A DNA stretch of 43,067 nucleotides from Thermoanaerobaculia bacterium (lineage in GTDB: Bacteria > Acidobacteriota > Thermoanaerobaculia > Multivoradales > UBA5704): NCBI GenBank assembly GCA_035603475.1, contig DATNKH010000791.1, positions 1 through 43,067 on the forward strand. Reading direction: 5' to 3'. Shown here piece by piece: positions 19,282 to 27,101 of this stretch (the stretch's first letter is position 1; the number at the start of each line of letters is the position of its first letter). The position numbers and the translations under genes are program-made. The notes beneath the pieces are model-generated. The model had not been told where the DNA came from. It worked only from the letters and a program-made list of their open reading frames with translations, and did not search any database.

Positions 19282-19961
19282 GACAGAGACAGAAGGTGCT
19301 GCTGGGCGTGCTGGTGGTGCTCGCGCTGATCCTGGCCTGGGTCTACCTGGTGCCCGGCGACGACGCCGCGCCGCCGCCGCCCGCGATCGGCCGCAGCGCC
19401 GGCGCGATCGACTCCGATGCCGGCGTCGCCGTCGCGCCGGAGCCGTCGCCCGCGCTGGCTCGGCACCCGGTGGGCGCCTTCGCGGTGGTATCCGCCAGCG
19501 ATGCCGCGCCGGGCGCCCCGCAGAACGTCGAGCCGCTGCGCCTGGCCGCCTTGAGCCAGGTCCCACCCGGGTTCACCACCGGCCGCGACCCATGGCGCTT
19601 CGTCGAGCCGCCGCCGCCGCCGCCGCCGAAGCCGCGGGTGCCGTCGGCGGCGGAGCAGAGAGCGATGCGGGAAGCGGAGGAGGCGCGGCAGCGGCAGCTC
19701 GCGGAGGCGGCGCGGCGCGCCGCGATCGATGCGGCGACGCCCAAGCCGCCGCCGTTTACCTGGTCCTATCTCGGCAACTTCGGCCCGAGCAGCCTGCGCA
19801 TCGCCGTCTTCACCGACGGCAAGCGGGTCTGGAACGCGCGCCAGGGCGAGACGCTGGAGAACAAGTTCATCGTGGCCCAGATCGGCTACGAGTCCGTGGA
19901 CATTCGCTTCGTCGGGTTCCCCGACGTGCCCGCAGAGAGACTCGCGGTGGTCAAGCACTAG
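19278..19961 (+). CDS. PilP/GspC-like periplasmic protein
   Basis: ATG 19278 overlaps the pilO stop (ATGA). N-terminal anchor VLLGVLVVLALILAWVYL, a Pro-rich linker (PPPPPPPKP), and a C-terminal beta-rich module LRIAVFTDGKRVWNARQGETLENKFIVAQIGYESVDIRF. It sits directly upstream of the secretin gene. Confidence 0.5.
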   Translation: MRQRQKVLLGVLVVLALILAWVYLVPGDDAAPPPPAIGRSAGAIDSDAGVAVAPEPSPALARHPVGAFAVVSASDAAPGAPQNVEPLRLAALSQVPPGFTTGRDPWRFVEPPPPPPPKPRVPSAAEQRAMREAEEARQRQLAEAARRAAIDAATPKPPPFTWSYLGNFGPSSLRIAVFTDGKRVWNARQGETLENKFIVAQIGYESVDIRFVGFPDVPAERLAVVKH

Positions 19962-19983
19962 CCGCTCGGAGGAACCTTTCAAG

Positions 19984-22740
19984 ATGCGACATTCCATGCT
20001 GCGGCTGCTGGTCCCCGTCTTGCTGGCGGCGCTGGTGGCGGGCTGCGCCGCCAACGCGAGCTTCCGCAAGGCGGAGTCGGCCGAGGTCGCCGGCAACTGG
20101 GACGAAGCCGTCCTGCGATACCTCGAGGCCCTCGACAACGACCCCGGCAACATCAAGTACCGGGCCGCCCTGCTGCGCGCCAAGATCAAGGCGTCGCAGA
20201 CGCACTTCGAGAAGGGCAAGCAGTTCGAGAAAGCGAACGTGCTGGAGCGGGCGCTGGTCGAGTACCAGCAGGCGGCCCAGCTCGACCCCACCAACCAGTA
20301 CGCCGCGGCGCAGCTCGAGCACACGCGCCGGGGGCTCACCGCCCAGCGCGAGAACCGCCCGAACGACACCATCGAGAAGATGAAGGAGAGGACGCGCGGC
20401 ACGCGGCCGCAGCCGCCGATGCTCAATCCGCGCTCCACCACGCCGATCTCGCTCGAGTTCCCGCAGCCGGTCTCCATCTTCCAGATCTATCGCGCGCTGG
20501 CGCAGGCGTTCGGCATCAACGTGCTGTTCGACCCCAACCTCAAGGACCAGGAGATCGCCATCGATCTCAAGGACGTCACCGCGCAGGCGGCGCTCGAGAC
20601 GCTGATGCACGCCGCCGGTCACTTCTACAAGGTCATCGACGAGCACACCATCCTGATCGCCGCCGACACGCCGCAGAACCGCCGCACCTACGAGGACCTC
20701 GTCATCCAGACCTTCTTCCTCTCCAACGCGGAGGTCAAGGACATGACGACGATCCTGCGCAGCCTGATCGACGCCAAGAAGATCGCCACCAACGATCAGC
20801 TCAACGCCATCATCCTGCGCGACACCGCCGACAAGGTGAAGGTGGCCGAGAAGATCATCGAGACCAACGACAAGTCGAAGGCCGAGGTGGTGGTTGACGT
20901 CGAGCTGCTGCAGATCAACACCAACCGCATGACCGACCTCGGCCTGGCCCTGTCCCAGTACTCGATCGGACAGGCGCTCGACACCGGCAACGCCACCACG
21001 ACCGGTACCGGCAGCACCGCCACCACCACGGGCGGCGGCCTGCGGGTCTCCGACATCCCGTTCCTGAACCAGAGCAACTGGATCCTGACCGTCCCGAACA
21101 TCGTCTACAACTTCGCCAAGACGGTCGGCGAGGCGCAGCTGCTCGCCAAGCCGCAGCTGCGCATCACCGAGGGCCAGAAGGCCAACCTGGTGATCGGCGA
21201 CAAGATCCCGATCCCGCTGACCACCTTCAACACCTCGAACACGATCGGCGGGACGATCGTGCCGATCACCTCCTTCCAGTACCAGGACGTCGGCATCAAG
21301 ATCGAGATCGAGCCGCGCGTCCACCACAACCAGGAGGTGACGCTGAAGGTCAAGATCGAGGTCAGCAACCTGGGCAGCAACGTCACCTTCAACGGCCAGA
21401 CGCAGCCGACCATCAGCACCCGCACCTTCGACACCACCATCCGGCTGCAGGACGGCGAGACCAACCTGCTGGCCGGCCTGCTGCGCACCGACGACACCAA
21501 GACCAGCACGGGCATCCCCGGGCTCTCCGACCTGCCGCTCATCGGCCGGCTGTTCTCGGACAAGTCGCACACCAGCGCCCACACCGACGTCATCCTGACG
21601 CTGACGCCGCACATCATCCGCAACGCCGAGATCACCCAGGAGGACCTGCTGCCGATCTGGGTCGGCACCGAGGCCAACGTCAGCTTCCGCGGCACCAGCA
21701 CGCGCGCCGAGTCGGAGACCGAGGGCCCGTTCGAGGGCAACGAAGGCACCCCCGAGGAGATCCAGGACGCCATCCGGCGGCGCATCCAGCGGCTGCCGCG
21801 CGGCCTGCGCAACGACGAGGAAGGCGGAGGCGGGGCGCCGCAGCAGCCGCCGCCGGCCGGGCAGGCGCCGCCGCCCGGCATGAACTTGACGCCGGCGACG
21901 CCGCCGAGCGACATCTTCAAGCCGACGGTGCCGGCGACGCCCACGCCGCCAGCGCCGCAGAAGCCGCCGCCACCACCGTCCGAGGGCGAGCCGCCGGCAG
22001 GCGGGCCACAGTCCTCGGCGTTGCGCGCACCGGCCCCGGCCCCGGCCGCGGCCCCGGTGGCCCCGGCGGCCAGGTCCGCCATGGCACCGAGGCTGCAGGA
22101 GCCGGGTGCGGGACCGCGGACGGCCCCGGTGGCGGTCCGGGCCGCCTACCGGCAGGAGGATGCCGCGGCGGCCCAGGGCGCGGCCGTGCGAGTGTGGCTG
22201 CTGCCGCGCCGGCTCACCGTGGCCGCGGGCGATCTCTTCGAGGTCGCGGTGCAGGTGTCGGCCGACCGGCCGATCTCCCACCTGCCGCTCACCCTGGTCT
22301 TCGACCCGTCGCTGCTGGCGGTCGAAGCGGTGGCCCCCGGCGACTTCCTGGGCGACAGCGGCAAGGCCGAGATCCTGGCGGATTTCAGCCGGCCGGGCGA
22401 GGTCGTCGTGGGAGCGAGCCGGCTGGGCGACCAGGCGGGCGTCACCGGCGCCGGCAACCTGGTGCGGGTCACCTTCCGCGCGCTGACCGCCGGGTCGGCG
22501 CTGGTCGGTTTCGCCGGCCGCGAAGCGCTCGACAACGCCTTGCGGCCGGTGCTGCCGATCTCGGTCAAGCCGGCGCACATCGAGGTGCAGGACGGCGGCG
22601 GCGGGAATGGCGGTGGCGGCGGACACCGCCAGCCCGCGAAGCCTGGCGCGCCGCCGGCCGCCACGCCACCGTCCTCCGGGCCCTCCGGGGCGTCCTCCGG
22701 GGCATCCGGGCCCTCCGGGGCGGGACCTTCGGACGGCTGA
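19984..22740 (+). CDS. pilQ: Secretin (PilQ/GspD family) with N-terminal lipobox + TPR module and C-terminal cohesin-like domain
   Basis: ATG 19984 is preceded by GGAGGA. Lipobox LAALVAGC. TPR-like AGNWDEAVLRYLEALDNDPGN...ALVEYQQAAQLDPTN. Secretin N-domains are present. The secretin core is ...AQLLAKPQLRITEGQKANLVIGDKIPI...GIPGLSDLPLIGRLFS...TDVILTLTPHII. A Pro-rich linker follows. The cohesin-like region is VRVWLLPRRLTVAAGDLFEVAVQVSADRPISHLPLTLVFDPSLLAVEAVAPGDFL...GNLVRVTFRALTAGSALV. Confidence 0.9.
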   Translation: MRHSMLRLLVPVLLAALVAGCAANASFRKAESAEVAGNWDEAVLRYLEALDNDPGNIKYRAALLRAKIKASQTHFEKGKQFEKANVLERALVEYQQAAQLDPTNQYAAAQLEHTRRGLTAQRENRPNDTIEKMKERTRGTRPQPPMLNPRSTTPISLEFPQPVSIFQIYRALAQAFGINVLFDPNLKDQEIAIDLKDVTAQAALETLMHAAGHFYKVIDEHTILIAADTPQNRRTYEDLVIQTFFLSNAEVKDMTTILRSLIDAKKIATNDQLNAIILRDTADKVKVAEKIIETNDKSKAEVVVDVELLQINTNRMTDLGLALSQYSIGQALDTGNATTTGTGSTATTTGGGLRVSDIPFLNQSNWILTVPNIVYNFAKTVGEAQLLAKPQLRITEGQKANLVIGDKIPIPLTTFNTSNTIGGTIVPITSFQYQDVGIKIEIEPRVHHNQEVTLKVKIEVSNLGSNVTFNGQTQPTISTRTFDTTIRLQDGETNLLAGLLRTDDTKTSTGIPGLSDLPLIGRLFSDKSHTSAHTDVILTLTPHIIRNAEITQEDLLPIWVGTEANVSFRGTSTRAESETEGPFEGNEGTPEEIQDAIRRRIQRLPRGLRNDEEGGGGAPQQPPPAGQAPPPGMNLTPATPPSDIFKPTVPATPTPPAPQKPPPPPSEGEPPAGGPQSSALRAPAPAPAAAPVAPAARSAMAPRLQEPGAGPRTAPVAVRAAYRQEDAAAAQGAAVRVWLLPRRLTVAAGDLFEVAVQVSADRPISHLPLTLVFDPSLLAVEAVAPGDFLGDSGKAEILADFSRPGEVVVGASRLGDQAGVTGAGNLVRVTFRALTAGSALVGFAGREALDNALRPVLPISVKPAHIEVQDGGGGNGGGGGHRQPAKPGAPPAATPPSSGPSGASSGASGPSGAGPSDG

Positions 22741-22819
22741 TGGTGGCGGCGGCGAGCATGCATGACCTGAAGGATGGTGGTCGAGAGTGACCAGGGTGAC
22801 CGGGGTGACCAGGGTGGCG

Positions 22820-23326
22820 ATGGACTGGCTGAATCGATGGCGGCGGCGGGACGGCGGCGGCGGCCGCGGCCGCGGGCGGCAGGGAGGCTTCACGCTCGCC
22901 GAGCTGGTCATGGTGTGCGCCATCCTGGCCTCGCTGTCGCTGCTCGCCATGCCGGTCGTCAAGTTCACCGCCAAGCGCTCCAAGGAGATGGAGCTGCGTG
23001 GGGACCTCCGCGAGATGCGCGCCGCGATCGATCAGTACAAGCGCTTCTCCGACCAGGGCCTGCTGCCGGTCGAGCTCGGCTCAGAGGGCTACCCGAAGGA
23101 CCTGGACTCCCTGGTCAAGGGCATCGCGCTGGTCGGGCAGATCGATCGCAAGATGAAGTTCCTGCGCCGCATCCCCTTCGATCCCATGACCGGCAAGCAG
23201 CAGTGGGGAGTGCGCAGCTTCCAGGACGAGCCCGACTCCACGCAGAGCGGCGGCGAGGACGTCTACGACGTCTACTCGCTGTCGTCGGGGGTCGGGCTCA
23301 ACGACATCCCCTATCGCAAATGGTGA
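22820..23326 (+). CDS. GspG-like (major) pseudopilin with prepilin-type N-terminal cleavage/methylation motif
   Basis: G/FTLAELVMVCAILASLSLLAMPV (Glu at +5). The later RRIPFDPMTGKQQWG and ...DVYDVYSLSSGVGLNDIPYRKW resemble the GspG PKDPWG and C-terminal motifs. The start could also be GTG 22787. Confidence 0.8.
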   Translation: MDWLNRWRRRDGGGGRGRGRQGGFTLAELVMVCAILASLSLLAMPVVKFTAKRSKEMELRGDLREMRAAIDQYKRFSDQGLLPVELGSEGYPKDLDSLVKGIALVGQIDRKMKFLRRIPFDPMTGKQQWGVRSFQDEPDSTQSGGEDVYDVYSLSSGVGLNDIPYRKW

Positions 23327-23346
23327 TCGAACACGGAGCGTCATCC

Positions 23347-23823
23347 ATGGCCGCACGAGCAGCGGAAGCAGCAGTCAAGCGCGAGGACGCCGGGCCGGGT
23401 CCTCGGGCGGAGCAGGGCTTCACGCTGCTCGAGATGATCATCGTCGTGGCCATCATCGGCATCCTGGCCGCCATCGCCATGCCGAAGCTCAAGGACATGC
23501 CGATGCGGGCCAACGAGGTGGTGCTCAAGAGCAACCTGCACATGCTCCGGGACGTGATCGACCAGTACTACGGCGACAAGGGGCACTATCCGTCGTCGCT
23601 CGAGACCCTGGTCAAGGACGGCTACCTGCGTGCCGTCCCGGTCGATCCGATCACCAAGCGCAACGACACCTGGGTGCTGGTGCGCGAGGAGGCCGACCCC
23701 GACCACCCGCCGGACGACAGCGCCGACGCCGGCTCCGGCGACGACAACACCCCGGGCATCGTCGACGTCCACTCGGGCTCGCCGAGGACCTCTTTCGCCG
23801 GCACTCCCTACGCCGAATGGTGA
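23347..23823 (+). CDS. GspG-like pseudopilin, second copy
   Basis: G/FTLLEMIIVVAIIGILAAIAMPK prepilin motif, then VPVDPITKRNDTWVL and ...[19 protein letters not shown]. An alternative start is ATG 23320. Confidence 0.8.
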   Translation: MAARAAEAAVKREDAGPGPRAEQGFTLLEMIIVVAIIGILAAIAMPKLKDMPMRANEVVLKSNLHMLRDVIDQYYGDKGHYPSSLETLVKDGYLRAVPVDPITKRNDTWVLVREEADPDHPPDDSADAGSGDDNTPGIVDVHSGSPRTSFAGTPYAEW

Positions 23824-24527
23824 TCTCGCGCACGTCTGCCGCCCGCCGCGGCGCGGCCGGTTTCAGCCTGGTGATGGTGATCATGGCGGTCGCCGTGCTC
23901 AACATCATGATCGCCGCCGCGCTGCCGAAGTGGAGCGAGATGATCAAGCGCGACAAGGAGGAGGAGCTGATCTCGCGCGGCTGGCAGTACGCCGAGGCGA
24001 TCCGTGTCTTCCAGCGGCGTTTCCAGCGCTACCCGGTCAAGCTCGATGAGCTGATCAAGGCGAAGCCGCGCTGCATCCGCCAGCTGTGGAAGGACCCGAT
24101 GACCGCGAGCGGCGAATGGGCGCCGATCCTGCTGTTCCAGGGCTCGCCCGTCCATGTGCCCGGCACCCCGGAGATGCCGCCGGCGCAGGGACTCGATCCC
24201 AACCAGCCGCAGGTCACCACCGGGCCGATCGTGGGCGTGAGGAGCCGCAGCCCCAGCAAATCGCTGCTCGTCTTCTTCGGCCATGAGCGCTACGACGAGT
24301 GGGAGTTCCGCGTCGAGATGCTGACGCGGGCCGGGGGCGGGAGGTTCGATCCTCGCGTCCCGGGCGGCGCCGGGCTGCAGCTCAGCACGCGGTGGCTGGG
24401 GCGGCCGATGCCAAGCTTCGTGCCCCCCGGCAGCCAGGTCCCCAGCGGCTTTCCGGGCGGGGCACCCGGAGGCCCGCCGCGACCGGTCGCGGGGGTGCTG
24501 GGTGGCGGCAACCCCGGCAAACCTTGA
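23817..24527 (+). CDS. Minor pseudopilin-like protein (no Glu at +5)
   Basis: [25 protein letters not shown] is a prepilin-like hydrophobic N-terminus lacking E5. It overlaps the previous gene (ATGGTGA). It is last in the cluster. Confidence 0.5.
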   Translation: MVISRTSAARRGAAGFSLVMVIMAVAVLNIMIAAALPKWSEMIKRDKEEELISRGWQYAEAIRVFQRRFQRYPVKLDELIKAKPRCIRQLWKDPMTASGEWAPILLFQGSPVHVPGTPEMPPAQGLDPNQPQVTTGPIVGVRSRSPSKSLLVFFGHERYDEWEFRVEMLTRAGGGRFDPRVPGGAGLQLSTRWLGRPMPSFVPPGSQVPSGFPGGAPGGPPRPVAGVLGGGNPGKP

Positions 24528-24970
24528 TGATCCGAGTACGGGTGCGGCGGCTCCCCGCCGCGAGCGGCCTGCCGCTGCCGGCGGCGGCGTCGGCCGGCAG
24601 CTCCGGGTGCGACCTGCGCGCGGCGCTCGCGGGCGAGGCGGTGCTGCGGCCGGGCGAGCGGCTGCTGGTGCCGACCGGCCTGGCGCTCGAGATCCCGCCG
24701 GGCTGGGAGGGCCAGGTGCGCCCCCGCAGCGGCCTCGCCCTGCGCCATGGCATCGGCATGGTCAACGCCCCCGGCACGATCGACAGCGATTACCGCGGCG
24801 AAGTGGGCGTGCTGCTGATCAACCTCGGGAGCGAGCCGTTCACGCTGCGGCGCGGTGACCGCATCGCACAGCTGGTGATCGCGCGCGTCGAGAGCGTCGA
24901 GTGGGAGGAAGCGGAGGCGCTCGACGGCAGCGACCGCGGCGAGGGCGGCTTCGGGTCGACGGGGGTGTGA
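24527..24970 (+). CDS. dut: dUTP diphosphatase
   Basis: Motifs [41 protein letters not shown] and GEGGFGSTG are the canonical trimeric dUTPase motifs. ATG 24527 abuts the upstream stop. Confidence 0.9.
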   Translation: MIRVRVRRLPAASGLPLPAAASAGSSGCDLRAALAGEAVLRPGERLLVPTGLALEIPPGWEGQVRPRSGLALRHGIGMVNAPGTIDSDYRGEVGVLLINLGSEPFTLRRGDRIAQLVIARVESVEWEEAEALDGSDRGEGGFGSTGV

Positions 24971-25000
24971 CTCGGACCGTCCCTGTCCCCGCGGGCTAAG

Positions 25001-27082
25001 ATGACCACCATGACGACGAGCATGCGGCGGCGGGGAGGTTGGCTGGCCCTGGCGGCGGCCTTGGCGGCTGCCCTGGCGATGGCCGGCGCCGTCGGGCTCG
25101 GCGCCAAGCCGCTCAACCCGAACGCGCCGAAGAAGCCGCCGCCGTCGACGGAGAAGCCGAAGGGCGGTCCGGCCGCTCCCAGGCTGGCGCGGCGGGTGGT
25201 GGTGGTGAGCCTCGACGGAGCGAGCGCCGCGGAGCTGCAGCAGCTGTGGCGCGACGACCTGCTCGACGAGGGCGGCTTCGCGCGCTTCTTCCGCGAAGGC
25301 GAGGTGGCGGCGGCGCTGGTGCCGGTCGATCCGACTCTCACCGCTCCCAATCACGTGAGCCTGGCGACCGGCGCGGCGCCGGACCATACCGGCATCGTCG
25401 GCAACCACTTCCATCCGGCAGGAGCGCCGGACTTCGCCAAGGCGAGCGGGTTCAACTTCCCGATCGGTGCCGAGACGCTGTGGGAGGCGGCGCGGCGGCA
25501 GCGGAAGAAGGTCGCGGTGGTGGCCTGGCCGGGCGTCGACGGCAGCGAGCCGCGGCTGCGCGCCGACATCGGCTTCAGCGACGTCACCAGCGCCGAGCGC
25601 GATCCGCGGCTGCTGGTCCTCGAGCGCTCCGACTGGCAGCCGCCGGCGACGGCGCCGCAGCTCAGCAGCCCCAGCCGGTCGCCGGTGCTCGGCGCCCACG
25701 TCGCTCTCGCCGGCGCGGGCGGGGTCCCCGCCGCGGGCTTCGATCTCTACGCGGTCGGCCGCGGCGACGACAACACGGGGAACTACGACTCGGTGGTCGT
25801 GGCGGCGAGCGCGCCGGCGGGAACGGCCGCGGGCGCTGGCGCGGCAAGGAGCGCGCGGGCCACCTGGGTGCCGAGCGTCGCGAACCTCGAGCAGAGCGAG
25901 CCGCTGGGCCAGGGACAGTGGGCGGAGATGATCTTCCCGGATCGCGGCGGGCGCTCCGCCTGCTGGGTCAAGGTGCTGGCGCTCGACCCCGCGCTCGGGG
26001 AGGTGCGGCTCTACTTCACCGGCACCTACCGCCTGCAAGCCTACCCGGCTGATTACGCCAAGGACCTCGCCGAGAGCAACCTCTTCTGGCCCGGGCCGCC
26101 GGACGACCGGCGGCTGGCGGCGGCGTGGCATGGGCAGCCAGGGATCGATCTCGATACCTGGACCGAGCAGGCGGCGCGGTTCGCCGCCTTCTTCGGCGGC
26201 GCCATGCGGCGGGTGGCCACGGCGCGCGACGACTGGGACCTGATGCTGGGCACCATCCCGGTGATCGACGAGGCCGGCCACTCGCTGCTGCTCGCCGATT
26301 CGCACCAGGCCGGCTACTCCGCCGCGCGGCGCGACGAGCTGGCGCGCGCCCGGCGCAAGGTCTGGCAGGCGGTCGACCACGAGCTGCGCCTGCTGATGGC
26401 CGCGCTCGACCTGGGCCGCACCACGGTGGTGGTGGTGAGCGATCACGGCATGGCGCCGGTCCACACCGTCGTCGACCTCAACGCCCTGCTGCGCGAGCGC
26501 GGCTGGCTGGCCTCGCCGGGGGCCCCGACGGCTGGAGCCGGCCGGGAGATGGGACGGGCCGGCGCCGGCGACGGCATCGCCGCTTACGTCCTCGGCGACG
26601 GCGGGATGGCCCACCTCTATATCTCGCAGGCGCCCCCGGCGCCGGCGAAGGCGGCGGCGGCGCCCGATGCGGCCGCCCGCCAGCGGCAGCTGCTCGAGCT
26701 GCGCGACCAGCTGCTCGCCTGGCGAAGCGGCGACGACACGCCGATCGAGCGGGTGCTCACCCGGCAGGAGGCCGCCGACCTGGGTCTCGACCACCCCAAC
26801 AGTGGCGACCTGCTCCTCTTCGCCAACGAGGGCTATGCCTTCGACCCCGGGCCCGAGCCCTCCGGCGCGGCCATCGTCCACCCGGCAGCGGCCTACGGCA
26901 CGTACGGCTACCTGGCGGCGCATCCCGACATGCAGGGCGTCTACCTGGCCATCGGCAAGGACGTCAAGCCCGGCAGCACCAGTGCCGCCGTCCAGGCCAC
27001 CGACATTGCCGGGCGCGTCGCGCGCTGGCTCGGCATGGGCAAGCCGGCCGCCGCCGCTGCCGCCGGCATCAGCGGCCACTAG
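25001..27082 (+). CDS. Secreted alkaline-phosphatase-superfamily enzyme, nucleotide pyrophosphatase/phosphodiesterase (NPP) type
   Basis: Signal-like LALAAALAAALAMAGAVG. VVVVSLDGASAAEL, PTLTAPNHVSLATGAAPDHTGIVGNHF (catalytic Thr context) and VVVVSDHGM are NPP/AlkP hallmarks. Confidence 0.8.
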   Translation: MTTMTTSMRRRGGWLALAAALAAALAMAGAVGLGAKPLNPNAPKKPPPSTEKPKGGPAAPRLARRVVVVSLDGASAAELQQLWRDDLLDEGGFARFFREGEVAAALVPVDPTLTAPNHVSLATGAAPDHTGIVGNHFHPAGAPDFAKASGFNFPIGAETLWEAARRQRKKVAVVAWPGVDGSEPRLRADIGFSDVTSAERDPRLLVLERSDWQPPATAPQLSSPSRSPVLGAHVALAGAGGVPAAGFDLYAVGRGDDNTGNYDSVVVAASAPAGTAAGAGAARSARATWVPSVANLEQSEPLGQGQWAEMIFPDRGGRSACWVKVLALDPALGEVRLYFTGTYRLQAYPADYAKDLAESNLFWPGPPDDRRLAAAWHGQPGIDLDTWTEQAARFAAFFGGAMRRVATARDDWDLMLGTIPVIDEAGHSLLLADSHQAGYSAARRDELARARRKVWQAVDHELRLLMAALDLGRTTVVVVSDHGMAPVHTVVDLNALLRERGWLASPGAPTAGAGREMGRAGAGDGIAAYVLGDGGMAHLYISQAPPAPAKAAAAPDAAARQRQLLELRDQLLAWRSGDDTPIERVLTRQEAADLGLDHPNSGDLLLFANEGYAFDPGPEPSGAAIVHPAAAYGTYGYLAAHPDMQGVYLAIGKDVKPGSTSAAVQATDIAGRVARWLGMGKPAAAAAAGISGH

Positions 27083-27101
27083 CGCGAACGGAGCACACCG
27101 C

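Noticed and set aside
19951-22983. 1010-aa minus-strand ORF antisense to the secretin gene
   Set aside because: Its composition is R/G/A/P-dominated with no recognisable motif. It mirrors a well-supported plus-strand gene. Long stop-free antisense frames are expected at about 70% GC.
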